Shown piece after piece: positions 1-8,704 of a DNA stretch of 35,327 nt. Position 1 is the first letter of the stretch, and each line of letters starts with the position of its first letter. This stretch comes from Conexibacter sp. (GTDB lineage Bacteria; Actinomycetota; Thermoleophilia; Solirubrobacterales; Solirubrobacteraceae): assembly GCA_025964055.1 (NCBI GenBank), contig JAOPZP010000495.1:1-35327 (forward strand). Reading direction: 5' to 3'. The notes under the pieces are model-generated. The model ran no database searches. It had not been told where the DNA came from and saw nothing but the letters and a program-made list of their open reading frames with translations. The position numbers and the translations under genes are program-made.

Positions 1-14
1 GCCGGCGCCGGCGA

Positions 15-797
15 CTAGCGGCGCCGCATCCAGAAGGCACCGGGCCGCGAGTGCGGTCCGTGCCCGGGCGCGTAGCGCTCGACCAGCTCGGGTGCAGCGT
101 CCTGGACGGCCGCGCACCCGAGCAGGATCTCCCAGTCCGGGTTGCCGATCAGGAAGGCCTGGAGGAGGTACTGCTCGGCCCAGTAGAGCTGGAGCTGCTC
201 CACCCACTCCCGCGGGTACTCGAACGGCAGGAAGATGTCGTGGACGTGGACGATCACGCCGGGAGCGAGCACCGGCAGGACGTCGAGCACGATGCGGGTG
301 ACGTCGCCACCGGTCTTGACGGTGTGGCTCGTGTCGACGAACAGCACGTCGCCCGCGGCCAGCTCCTGGAAGACGGGCAGCGGCACGTCGACCGCCGACG
401 TCGGCTCGACGGCCAGGTCGGTGCGATCGTTGGCGTAGGGGTCGAAGACGCGGTGCGGGCGGCCGAGCGCCTCGCGGATGATGTCGGTCGAGACGCCCGA
501 GCCCAGCTCGATGACCTGCGCGGGCTGGAGCTCGCGCAGCATGCCGTACAGCACCACGGCGTCCATGCCGCCGTACATGCGCTTGGGATCCGGGCGCGTC
601 CAGCCCTCCGTGTGCGGCGCGATGCGCTCGAACAGGGCGACCTGGCTGTCGACGTCGAAGTCGATGCCGGTCAGGGAGCTGCGCCGCGTCCACACCGGCT
701 CGGGCACGTCGTAGGGGATCGGCGACCAGTACTTGCGCGGGAGGACGTCGATGCCCGCCTTGGTCACGGCACGGCGGGCGATCTGGGAGAGCGTCAT
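15..797 (-). CDS. Class I SAM-dependent methyltransferase (Methyltransf_24-like), probable glycan O-methyltransferase
   Basis: SAM motif VIELGSGVST, plus LFVDTSHTVKTGGDV and HVHDIFLPFEYP; ATGA overlap with the upstream gene. Confidence 0.85.
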   Translation of the reverse strand: MTLSQIARRAVTKAGIDVLPRKYWSPIPYDVPEPVWTRRSSLTGIDFDVDSQVALFERIAPHTEGWTRPDPKRMYGGMDAVVLYGMLRELQPAQVIELGSGVSTDIIREALGRPHRVFDPYANDRTDLAVEPTSAVDVPLPVFQELAAGDVLFVDTSHTVKTGGDVTRIVLDVLPVLAPGVIVHVHDIFLPFEYPREWVEQLQLYWAEQYLLQAFLIGNPDWEILLGCAAVQDAAPELVERYAPGHGPHSRPGAFWMRRR

Positions 798-1603
798 GGG
801 GAGGCCTCGAGGGTCGGGGGACGGACGGCGAGGCTGTCGCGCCAGGCCCGGCGCACGCCGGAGACGATCACGACGCTGCCGATCCAGAAGAGGAAGAACA
901 CGAGCGCCACCCCGGCGGCCTTCGCCATGCGCTTGCGGCGGCCGCCGACCTGCTCGCGCGCCTGGACCGGTCCGGTCCGGATGACGGCCAGGCCCTGCTC
1001 GCGCGACGTCGGGCTCGTCGGGGCGACGACGCCGAGGGTGCCGGTCGTGCCGGCCGCGTTGATCGTGACCTGGTCGTTGGCCTCGGATGCGGTCGTGGTG
1101 CCGGCCCGGGCCAGGACGGTTGCGGCGGCGTCGGCCAGGCGCGCGGCGACGCGCGCGTCGGGGGCGTCGGCACGCACCCCGATCGTGGGCAGGTTGCTGT
1201 CGAGCTCGAGCGTCACGACGTAGGGCTTGGTCGGCAGCGCCGCGGCCCGCGAGGCGTAGGTCGGCAGCGCCGTCGGGGCGGCCGGCAGGTCCAGCAGTGG
1301 CTGCAGCACCTCGAGCTCCTCGGGCCGGACGCCTGCGGTCAGGGCGATCCGATTGCGGCTCCGGTCGCGCGTCATGAGGTCGGCGAGCAGCTCGGCGCGC
1401 CAGAGGAGGGTGTCGGAGCCGCCCGATGCGGCGTTGGCCAGGTCGGACGGGCGCGTGTCGAGGATCACGTTCGTGGTCGCGACGCCCGCGCGCACCGGGA
1501 CCCCGCGCGACAGCGCGAGCCCGATGCAGATCGTCGCGATGGCACCCGCCGCGACGAGGCGCCGGTGGGCCACCAGGACCCTCAGGATCGGGCCGAGCTC
1601 CAT
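794..1603 (-). CDS. Wzz/CapA-like polysaccharide co-polymerase family membrane protein (paralog 1)
   Basis: N- and C-terminal hydrophobic helices flanking a soluble domain; LPTIGVRADAPDARVAARLADAA motif shared with 2656..3453 and 28639..29481. Confidence 0.65.
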   Translation of the reverse strand: MELGPILRVLVAHRRLVAAGAIATICIGLALSRGVPVRAGVATTNVILDTRPSDLANAASGGSDTLLWRAELLADLMTRDRSRNRIALTAGVRPEELEVLQPLLDLPAAPTALPTYASRAAALPTKPYVVTLELDSNLPTIGVRADAPDARVAARLADAAATVLARAGTTTASEANDQVTINAAGTTGTLGVVAPTSPTSREQGLAVIRTGPVQAREQVGGRRKRMAKAAGVALVFFLFWIGSVVIVSGVRRAWRDSLAVRPPTLEASP

Positions 1604-1626
1604 GCGCGCCGAACCGTCCGCGGGGC

Positions 1627-2637
1627 CTAGGACCCGGAGCCGTCGGCGCCGGGAGCGGCCGTCGGGACGCTCGGCAGCGCGCGGAGCTCGGCGGGCCCGG
1701 GACGGACGGGGACGCGGCTCGGCGGCCCGAAGGGGATCGGGGCGCGCCCGAGGAGCGTCTTGACGACCTGGCGGTTGGCCGTGCGCTTGAGCTCGCCCAG
1801 CTCGCCGCCGCCCGCGAAGACGGAGCGCATGCCGTGCCGCAGCAGGATCGCGCCGACGTAGAGCGGGCGGTGCAGGGGGGAGAAGTACTTGCGGGCGTAC
1901 ATCGTGCGCGTGTAGGCGTTGAGGCTCTCGATGTGCGGCTTGATGCCGGCCTTGCCCTCGTGGTGGATGATCGTCATCTGCGGGAGGTGCAGGACGTCCC
2001 AGCCCGCCGTCTTGATGCGCCGGCAGAAGTCGGTCTCGTCGGAGTACATGAAGTAGCGCTCGTCGAGGAAGCCGGCGCTCTCGATGGCCTCACGGCGCAC
2101 CAGCATGAAGGAGCCGCTGGTCCAGTCGCAGGGCGTCTCGCGGTCGTAGGCGGCGGGGTCGACCTCGCGCTCGCCGAGCCAGTCCGGCCGGCCGGGGATC
2201 CGCTCGGCCGAGAACGCGTCGCCGAGCGCCCGCAGCGCGTTCGGGAAGCGCCGGATGGTGGTGTCCAGCACGCCCTGGGCGTTGACCTGCCGGCAGCCCA
2301 CGAGGCCGACCGTCGGCCGCTCGTCCATGATCCGGACCAGATCCGCCAGCGTGCCGTCGACGATCTCGGTGTCCGGGTTCAGGAAGAGCACGTAGCGCGC
2401 GTTGCACGTCATGAGCGCGCGGTTGTTGGCGTGCGAGAACCCGTGGTTGCGCGACGGGACGACGCGCGCCTCGGGGAACTCGTCGGCGACGACGTCCGGT
2501 GTGCCGTCGGTCGAGTCGTTGTCGACGACCACGACGTCGGCGCTGATGTCGCCCATGTGCGCGAAGACGGTGCTGAGGCACGGACGGATCCAGTGCGCCT
2601 CGCTCGTGGACACGGTGATGATGGCAAGGTCGTGCAT
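1627..2637 (-). CDS. Glycosyltransferase family 2 (WbbL/rhamnosyltransferase-like GT-A)
   Basis: VVDNDSTDGT, NHGFSHANN, FLNPDT, GFLDERYFMYSDETDFCRR. Confidence 0.92.
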   Translation of the reverse strand: MHDLAIITVSTSEAHWIRPCLSTVFAHMGDISADVVVVDNDSTDGTPDVVADEFPEARVVPSRNHGFSHANNRALMTCNARYVLFLNPDTEIVDGTLADLVRIMDERPTVGLVGCRQVNAQGVLDTTIRRFPNALRALGDAFSAERIPGRPDWLGEREVDPAAYDRETPCDWTSGSFMLVRREAIESAGFLDERYFMYSDETDFCRRIKTAGWDVLHLPQMTIIHHEGKAGIKPHIESLNAYTRTMYARKYFSPLHRPLYVGAILLRHGMRSVFAGGGELGELKRTANRQVVKTLLGRAPIPFGPPSRVPVRPGPAELRALPSVPTAAPGADGSGS

Positions 2638-2648
2638 GGCGACTGATC

Positions 2649-2675
2649 AACGCTCCTAGGCGGGCAGGGCTTCCG
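2649..2675 (-). promoter_or_regulatory. Putative ECF-type promoter CGGAAG-N17-CGTT (one mismatch)
   Basis: Minus strand: CGGAAG 2675-2670, CGTT 2652-2649, 11 nt before ATG 2637. Confidence 0.6.
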
Positions 2676-3453
2676 TCGGGCCGTGGCCCTCGGCGTCGTG
2701 CTCGGCCTGGCTCTCCAGGACCCATCCGTCGCGGATGCGGGCGAGGAAGATCAGGCTCGCGCAGGCCGCGCCGAACGTCACGAAGAAGGCCACGATCGCC
2801 ACCTGCCAGCGCACGCCGCGGTTGATGACCGTGCCCCGCGCGCGGCCCAGCTGGACCAGGCGGACCTGGTCCTGGGCGGGGATCCGGCCGGTGGCGGCGA
2901 GCTGCGCGAGGTGCCGGCGCAGCTCGTCCACCGCGGCGTTGGCGAGGTCCGCGGCGCTGCGCGCGTCCGGCGCCTGGGCGTAGACGTCGAGGATCGGCAC
3001 CGTCGGGTTGGCCTGCAGGCTCAGCCGGTACTGGTTGGTGGACTTGAAGATGTCGCTGGTGTGCTTGTCGCGGCCGGCCTCGGCCGGGGCGCGCGGCTGG
3101 GCCGGCGTCAGCGGCGCGTCGATCTGCAGCAGCTGGAGCGGCACGCCGCTGCGGGCGGCGATCGACTGCAGGACCGGCGTGCTCGCCATGACGTTGCCGA
3201 GCAGGACCGTGCGGTTGGTCAGGCCCTCGAGGCTGTAGGTGTCCTGGCGCAGGTCGAGGATCGACGAGGTCGGCGTGTCGACCACCACGTGCGTCGCCGC
3301 GGTCGCCATCTCGAGCGAGCGCGGCGTCAGCTTCAGCGGGACGACGCTGATCTTCTCGACGCTCCAGGTGGCGACGAGGAGCGCGACGACGAAGGCCCCG
3401 ACCACGCCACCGCGGAGGTGCCAGAGCTTGCGCAGGCGAAGGCCGAGTCCCAT
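2656..3453 (-). CDS. Wzz/CapA-like membrane protein (paralog 2)
   Basis: Two terminal TM segments; VVVDTPTSS and VPILDVYAQAPDARSAADLANAA; ATG 3453 chosen because it lies 10 nt after the promoter CGTT. Confidence 0.65.
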   Translation of the reverse strand: MGLGLRLRKLWHLRGGVVGAFVVALLVATWSVEKISVVPLKLTPRSLEMATAATHVVVDTPTSSILDLRQDTYSLEGLTNRTVLLGNVMASTPVLQSIAARSGVPLQLLQIDAPLTPAQPRAPAEAGRDKHTSDIFKSTNQYRLSLQANPTVPILDVYAQAPDARSAADLANAAVDELRRHLAQLAATGRIPAQDQVRLVQLGRARGTVINRGVRWQVAIVAFFVTFGAACASLIFLARIRDGWVLESQAEHDAEGHGPTEALPA

Positions 3454-3463
3454 GTGCCAGACC

Positions 3464-3490
3464 AACGGCGGCGCGGCCCGGCTACTTGCG
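3464..3490 (-). promoter_or_regulatory. Putative ECF-type promoter CGCAAG-N17-CGTT
   Basis: Exact match: CGCAAG 3490-3485, CGTT 3467-3464, 10 nt to ATG 3453. Confidence 0.75.
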
Positions 3491-3500
3491 CGGCGGCCTC

Positions 3501-3527
3501 CGCAAGATCGCGCCGGGGACCTGCGTT
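3501..3527 (+). promoter_or_regulatory. Putative ECF-type promoter CGCAAG-N17-CGTT
   Basis: Exact match: CGCAAG 3501-3506, CGTT 3524-3527, upstream of the 3602-8667 operon. Confidence 0.75.
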
Positions 3528-3560
3528 GATCAGAGACGGATTCACCACGAGGGAGCCTCC

Positions 3561-3605
3561 ATGATCCACCAGCACGCAGCCATGAACGACGAGGACCGAC
3601 GGTGA
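3561..3605 (+). CDS. Candidate 14-aa leader peptide MIHQHAAMNDEDRR
   Basis: GAGGGAG at 3549-3555, ATG 3561; its TGA (3603-3605) overlaps the GTG start (3602-3604) of the next gene. Confidence 0.35.
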   Translation: MIHQHAAMNDEDRR

Positions 3606-4600
3606 GCGCCTACGGCAAGGTGCTCGTCACCGGCGGTGGCGGCGCCATCGGCTCCAACATCACCGACGAGCTCGTGCTCGCGGGCGCCGAGGAGATCGTC
3701 GTCCTCGACAACTTCGTGCGCGGGCGCCGCGAGAGCCTCGACTGGGCGCGGGCCAACGGCAACGTCACGCTCGTCGAGGGCGACATCCGCGACAACGCGC
3801 TCGTCCGCCGGCTGATGGACGGCGTCGACGTCGTCTTCCACCAGGCCGCCATCCGCATCACCCAGTGCGCCGAGGAGCCGCGACTCGCGCTCGAGGTCCT
3901 CGTCGACGGCACCTACAACGTCGTCGAGGCCGCCGCCGAGGCGGGCGTCCGCAAGCTCGTCGCCGCCTCGTCGGCCTCCGCCTACGGGCTGGCCGAGACG
4001 TTCCCCACGCGCGAGGATCACCACCCCTACGCCAACGACACCCTGTACGGCGCCTCCAAGGTCTTCCTCGAGGGCCTGCTGCGCAGCATGCACGCGATGA
4101 AGGGCCTCGACTACGTGGCGCTGCGCTACTTCAACGTCTACGGCCCGCGGATGGACGTCCACGGCCTGTACACCGAGGTGCTCGTGCGCTGGATGGAGCG
4201 CATCACGGCCGGCGAGCCGCCGCTGATCCTCGGCGACGGGTCCCAGACGATGGACTTCGTCTACATCGGCGACGTCGCCCGCTCCAACCTCCTGGCCGCC
4301 GAGGCCGACGTGACCGACAAGGTCTACAACGTCGCCAGCGGGACGGAGACCAGCCTGCTGGAGCTCGCCGAGATGCTCGCGCAGGTCATGGGCTCCGAGG
4401 CCGACGTCGAGCACGGACCCGAGCGCTCGGTCAACAAGGTCTCCCGCCGCCTGGCCGACACGACGCTGGCGCGCGACGAGATCGGCTTCGAGGCCACGGT
4501 CGGGCTCGAAGAGGGGCTCACGCGCCTGGTGGAGTGGTGGCGCGGCGAGCGCGAGGGCGCGCCGACCATGCCGATCGGCTCGCTGGCGAGGAGCGCCTGA
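3602..4600 (+). CDS. NAD-dependent nucleotide-sugar epimerase/dehydratase (extended SDR)
   Basis: TGGGGAIG, ASSASAYG, YGASK, LRYFNVYGPR. Confidence 0.93.
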   Translation: MSAYGKVLVTGGGGAIGSNITDELVLAGAEEIVVLDNFVRGRRESLDWARANGNVTLVEGDIRDNALVRRLMDGVDVVFHQAAIRITQCAEEPRLALEVLVDGTYNVVEAAAEAGVRKLVAASSASAYGLAETFPTREDHHPYANDTLYGASKVFLEGLLRSMHAMKGLDYVALRYFNVYGPRMDVHGLYTEVLVRWMERITAGEPPLILGDGSQTMDFVYIGDVARSNLLAAEADVTDKVYNVASGTETSLLELAEMLAQVMGSEADVEHGPERSVNKVSRRLADTTLARDEIGFEATVGLEEGLTRLVEWWRGEREGAPTMPIGSLARSA

Positions 4601-5736
4601 TGGAGGTGCCGTTCAGCCGTCCGTACCTCGTCGGCACCGAGCAGGCGGCCGTCGCCGAGGTCATCACGTCGGGCTGGGTCTCGCAGGGCCCGCGCGTGCG
4701 GGACTTCGAGCAGGCGTTCGCCGCCCGCGTCGGCGCGGCCGACGCGGTCGCCACGACCAACTGCACGACGGCGCTGCAGCTCGCGCTGTACGTCTCCGGC
4801 GTCGGTCCGGGCGACGAGGTGATCGTGCCGTCGATGTCGTTCATCGCCACGGCCAACTCCGTGTGGCAGTGCGGTGCGACGCCGGTCTTCGCCGACATCG
4901 ATCCCCTGACCTACAACTTGGATCCGGCGGCCGCCGAGCGGGCGATCACGCCGCGCACGAAGGCGATCATGCCGGTCCACCAGCTCGGGCTGCCGGCGGA
5001 CATGGACCCGTTCCTGGCCCTCGCCGAGGCCCACGGCCTGGAGATCGTCGAGGACGCCGCGTGCGCGATCGGGGCCTCCTACCGGGGCCGGTCGATCGGC
5101 TCGCTGGGGCCGCTGGCGTGCTTCTCGCTGCACCCGCGCAAGGTCATCACCACGGGGGAGGGCGGGATGATCGCCGTCCAGGATCCCGAGGTGGCCGCGC
5201 GCCTGCGGCGCCTGCGCCAGCACGCGATGGATGTCTCCGACCTCGCGCGCCACGGCGCGCGCGACGTCATCATCGAGACGTATCCGGAGCGCGGCTGGAA
5301 CGCCCGCATGACCGACATGCAGGCCGCGCTCGGGCTCTGCCAGCTCGAGGTCCTCGACGACATCCTGGCCTGGCGCCGGCGCGTGGCCGGGCGCTACACC
5401 GCCGCCCTCGAGTCGATCCCGTTCCTCGAGGCGCCGCACGAGCCCGACTACGCCGACCGCACCTGGCAGTCCTACGCGGTGCGGTTGACCGAGGATGCGC
5501 CGGTCACGCGCAACGAGCTCATGCGCCTGCTGCTGCTCGACGGGGTGCCGACGCGCCGCGGCGTCATGGCCAGCCACGAGGAGCCGGCCTACGCCGGGAC
5601 GGTCGCCGACCTGCCGCACACCGAGGCGGCCAGCCGCGGCTCGATGATGCTGCCCATGTTCGCCGGGCTCAGCGACGAGCATCAGGACCACGTGCTCGAG
5701 CGGCTCGCCGCCCACGTCTCGGCCGTCGCCGCGTGA
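4600..5736 (+). CDS. DegT/DnrJ/EryC1/StrS family PLP-dependent sugar aminotransferase
   Basis: Starts MEVPFSRP at a TGATG overlap; VEDAACAIG and FSLHPRKVITTGEGG (PLP lysine). Confidence 0.93.
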   Translation: MEVPFSRPYLVGTEQAAVAEVITSGWVSQGPRVRDFEQAFAARVGAADAVATTNCTTALQLALYVSGVGPGDEVIVPSMSFIATANSVWQCGATPVFADIDPLTYNLDPAAAERAITPRTKAIMPVHQLGLPADMDPFLALAEAHGLEIVEDAACAIGASYRGRSIGSLGPLACFSLHPRKVITTGEGGMIAVQDPEVAARLRRLRQHAMDVSDLARHGARDVIIETYPERGWNARMTDMQAALGLCQLEVLDDILAWRRRVAGRYTAALESIPFLEAPHEPDYADRTWQSYAVRLTEDAPVTRNELMRLLLLDGVPTRRGVMASHEEPAYAGTVADLPHTEAASRGSMMLPMFAGLSDEHQDHVLERLAAHVSAVAA

Positions 5737-6395
5737 AGCCGCTCCTGCTCGTCGGCGCCGGGGGCTTCGCCCGCGAGACCCTCGAGCTGGTGCGGGCGGT
5801 CAACGCCGTCGCCCCGACCTGGCGGGTCGTCGGGCTCCTGGACGACGACCCGCGCCTGGTCGGCGCCGAGGTGCACGGCGTCCCGGTGCTCGGCCCGTCC
5901 GGCGCGGTGCACGACCATCCCGAGGCGCTGGTCGTCGCGACGGTGGCGTCGCCCGATGCGCCGGCGCGCCGGCTGGAGGTCGTGGCGCGGCTCGGCCTGC
6001 CCGCGGAGCGCTACGCGACCCTGGTGCACCCGACGGCCGTCGTGCCGGCGTCGGCGACGCTGGGCCCCGGCACGGTGCTGCACGCGACGGTCGTCCTCAC
6101 CGCCGACGTGCGGCTCGGCGCTCACGTCGCGGTGATGCCCGCGGTGGTCCTGACCCACGACGACGACCTCGGCGACGGCGTCACGGTCGGCGCGGGCGTG
6201 CGGCTGGCCGGAGACGTGCACGTCGAGCGCGCGGCCTACCTCGGCTCCGGCGCGCTCGTCCGCGAGCACCTGCGCATCGGCGCGGGCGCGGTCGTGGGCA
6301 TGGGCGCGGTCGTCACGCGGTCGGTGCCGCCCGGCGAGGTCTGGGCCGGCGTCCCGGCCCGCTCGCTGGCGGACGTGGTCGCGGCCCGGCCGTGA
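5733..6395 (+). CDS. NeuD/PglD/VioB-family sugar acetyltransferase (left-handed beta helix)
   Basis: GTG start at a GTGA overlap; LVGAGGFARE, LVHPTAVV, hexapeptide repeats, C-terminal WAGVPAR. Confidence 0.9.
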   Translation: MKPLLLVGAGGFARETLELVRAVNAVAPTWRVVGLLDDDPRLVGAEVHGVPVLGPSGAVHDHPEALVVATVASPDAPARRLEVVARLGLPAERYATLVHPTAVVPASATLGPGTVLHATVVLTADVRLGAHVAVMPAVVLTHDDDLGDGVTVGAGVRLAGDVHVERAAYLGSGALVREHLRIGAGAVVGMGAVVTRSVPPGEVWAGVPARSLADVVAARP

Positions 6396-7420
6396 TCGCC
6401 GCACGCGTCAAGCCGCTGGTGCGCCGGGCGGTCCAGGCGCGGGACCGGCGCGCGCGGCGGCTGCCGCCGCTGCGGACGGGCCCCCAGGACGGTCCGCCGA
6501 CGGTGTACTACCTGACCCCCGACTACGACGTGCCCGCCGGCGGGATCCGCGGCGAGTACCGGCACGTCGACCTCCTCAACGCCGCGGGGCGCGACGCTGC
6601 GGTGCTGCACCACCGCAGCGGCTTCTCGTGCTCGTGGTTCGCGCACGGCACGCGCGTGACCGCCGCGCCCGACGTGGTGCTGGGCCCGCAGGACGTGCTC
6701 GTCGTCCCCGAGATCTACGGGCCCGACCTGCAGCGCCTGCCGCGCGGTCCGCGCCTCGTGGCGTTCAACCAGAACGCGTACCTCACCTTCGCGGCGCTGG
6801 CCCCCGGCGAGGACGTCTCGTACGCCGCCTTCGCCGTGGCGATGACCGTCTCGCAGGACAGCGCCGACTACCTGCGCTTCGCCTTCCCGGAGCTGGAGGT
6901 CGCCGTCGTCCACAACGCGATCGACCCCGACCTCTTCCGGCCGGCGCCCGTCCCGGCCGGCCGGCGGATCGCGGTCATGCCGCGCCGGCGCCCCGAGGAC
7001 GCCGACCAGGTCCTGCGGCTGCTCGGCCGGCGCCTGGACGGCTGGGAGGTCGTCCGCATCGCCGGCGAGTCCGAGCGCGAGGTCGCCGACGCGCTGCGCT
7101 CCTGCTCGATGTTCCTGGCCTTCGGCCATCAGGAGGGCTTCGGGCTGCCGCCGGCCGAGGCGATGGCGTCGGGCTGCTACGTCATCGGCTTCCCCGCGTT
7201 CGGCGGGCGCGAGATCTTCGACCCGGCCTGGTCGCGGCCCATCGCAGACGGCGACGTCCTGGCGATGGCCCGTGCCGTGGCCGAGACGGTCGCCGCGTTC
7301 GAGCGCGACCCCGAGCCGGTGCGCCGCGCCGCCGCGCTGGGCACCGAGCACGTGCGCGCGCGCTTCGGGCCGCAGCGCCAGCGCGACGAGCTCCTCGCGG
7401 TCTTCGCGGGGCTGTCCTGA
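6392..7420 (+). CDS. Glycosyltransferase, GT-B fold (family 4-like)
   Basis: EGFGLPPAEAMASG (EX7E) motif; translationally coupled to both neighbours. Confidence 0.88.
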   Translation: MIAARVKPLVRRAVQARDRRARRLPPLRTGPQDGPPTVYYLTPDYDVPAGGIRGEYRHVDLLNAAGRDAAVLHHRSGFSCSWFAHGTRVTAAPDVVLGPQDVLVVPEIYGPDLQRLPRGPRLVAFNQNAYLTFAALAPGEDVSYAAFAVAMTVSQDSADYLRFAFPELEVAVVHNAIDPDLFRPAPVPAGRRIAVMPRRRPEDADQVLRLLGRRLDGWEVVRIAGESEREVADALRSCSMFLAFGHQEGFGLPPAEAMASGCYVIGFPAFGGREIFDPAWSRPIADGDVLAMARAVAETVAAFERDPEPVRRAAALGTEHVRARFGPQRQRDELLAVFAGLS

Positions 7421-8667
7421 TGCGGATCCTGGTCGCCCTCCACCACCTGGAGCTCGGGGGCAGCCAGCTCAACGCCGTGGACCTCGCGACCGCGGTCCGC
7501 GACCGCGGCCACCACGTCGAGGTCTTCGCCACGGCGACGGGCGAGCCCGGGCCGGTGGCCGACCTCGTCCGTGCGCGCGGGCTGCCGCTGACGGTGGTGC
7601 CGCATCCGCTCGTACGGCCGCGGCGCGCGGCGCCGTGCCGCCCCGGGGTGGCGCGCGCGCTCACCACGCAGGCGCGGCGCAGCGAGATCGACGTGATCCA
7701 CGGCTACGAGTACTCGATGATCCTCGACGCGCTCGCCGGCCCGTCGCTGGCGCTCGGCACGCGCCTGGTCGGGACGGTCTACGCGATGAAGGTCCCGACG
7801 TGGCTGCCGCGCACGGCGCCGATCGTCGCGGGCACGCCCGAGCTCGTCGACGGGGCGCGCGCCGTCGGGCAGTCCGCCACCCTGATCGTCCCGCCGGTCG
7901 ACACGGCGGCCGACGACCCAGCTGCCGTCGACGGTCGCGCGTTTCGCCGCGGGCTCGGCATCGGCGACGACGAGCTCGTGCTGACCGTCGTGTCGCGGCT
8001 GGAGCCCGACATGAAGGAGGAGGGCGTGGCGCGGGCCATCGCCGCCGTCGAGGAGCTCGGCGACCCGCGGCTGCGGCTCGTGGTGGTCGGGGACGGGCCG
8101 TCGCACGCCACGCTGAGCGCACGCGCCGAGGCGGCCAACGCGGCGCTCGGGCGGCCGGCCGTCGTCATGGCCGGGGCGCTGAGCGATCCGCGTCCGGCGT
8201 ACGCCGCAGCGGACGTCGCGCTCGGCATGGGCGGCTCGGCGCTGCGGGCGATGGCGTTCGCCAAGCCGCTCGTCGTCCTCGGCATCGGCGGGTTCTCGCG
8301 GGCGTTGGACGAGGACTCCGCCGCGCACTTCCTCGACGTGGGCTTCTACGGGGTGGGGGACGGGACGCCGTCGCCCCTCGCGTCGCAGATCGCGGTGCTG
8401 GGCGACGCCGATCGTCGTGCCAGGCTCGGGCCGTGGTCGCGGCAGGTCGTGCTCGACGCGTTCGGGCTCGACGCCGCGGCCGACACGCTCGAAGGGCTCT
8501 ATGGGTCCGCGGCGGCGCAGCCGGCGTCCCGACCGTGGGGCGCCGCTGCCCGGACGGCCGGCCACCGGCTCGCCGCCGACCTCGCGGGCGAGCGCCTGCG
8601 CGCCCGCGTCCGCCCAGCGGTCCGTGCGGCTCTCAGCCGTATTTCATCCGCCCCGCCGCCCCGCTGA
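7420..8667 (+). CDS. Glycosyltransferase, GT-B fold (family 4-like)
   Basis: MRILVALHHLELGGSQLNA, VSRL, LVVVGDGP, YAAADVALGMGGSALRAMAFAKP; TGATG overlap. Confidence 0.85.
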   Translation: MRILVALHHLELGGSQLNAVDLATAVRDRGHHVEVFATATGEPGPVADLVRARGLPLTVVPHPLVRPRRAAPCRPGVARALTTQARRSEIDVIHGYEYSMILDALAGPSLALGTRLVGTVYAMKVPTWLPRTAPIVAGTPELVDGARAVGQSATLIVPPVDTAADDPAAVDGRAFRRGLGIGDDELVLTVVSRLEPDMKEEGVARAIAAVEELGDPRLRLVVVGDGPSHATLSARAEAANAALGRPAVVMAGALSDPRPAYAAADVALGMGGSALRAMAFAKPLVVLGIGGFSRALDEDSAAHFLDVGFYGVGDGTPSPLASQIAVLGDADRRARLGPWSRQVVLDAFGLDAAADTLEGLYGSAAAQPASRPWGAAARTAGHRLAADLAGERLRARVRPAVRAALSRISSAPPPR

Positions 8668-8694
8668 CGGACGCACGGGCCGCTCCCGCGCGTT
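8668..8694 (+). promoter_or_regulatory. Degenerate ECF-type promoter CGGACG-N17-CGTT
   Basis: 4/6 match in the -35, exact CGTT 8691-8694, 10 nt to ATG 8705; no SD seen. Confidence 0.5.
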
Positions 8695-8704
8695 GCTGGG
8701 GCAT

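Noticed and set aside
3865-8667. Long N-terminal extensions in the ORF track (3865, 4863, 6628; also 8417, 9567, 15447, 26586, 32063, 34945)
   Set aside because: They overlap upstream genes in other frames; the real starts fall at stop/start overlaps, SDs or promoter-defined ATGs
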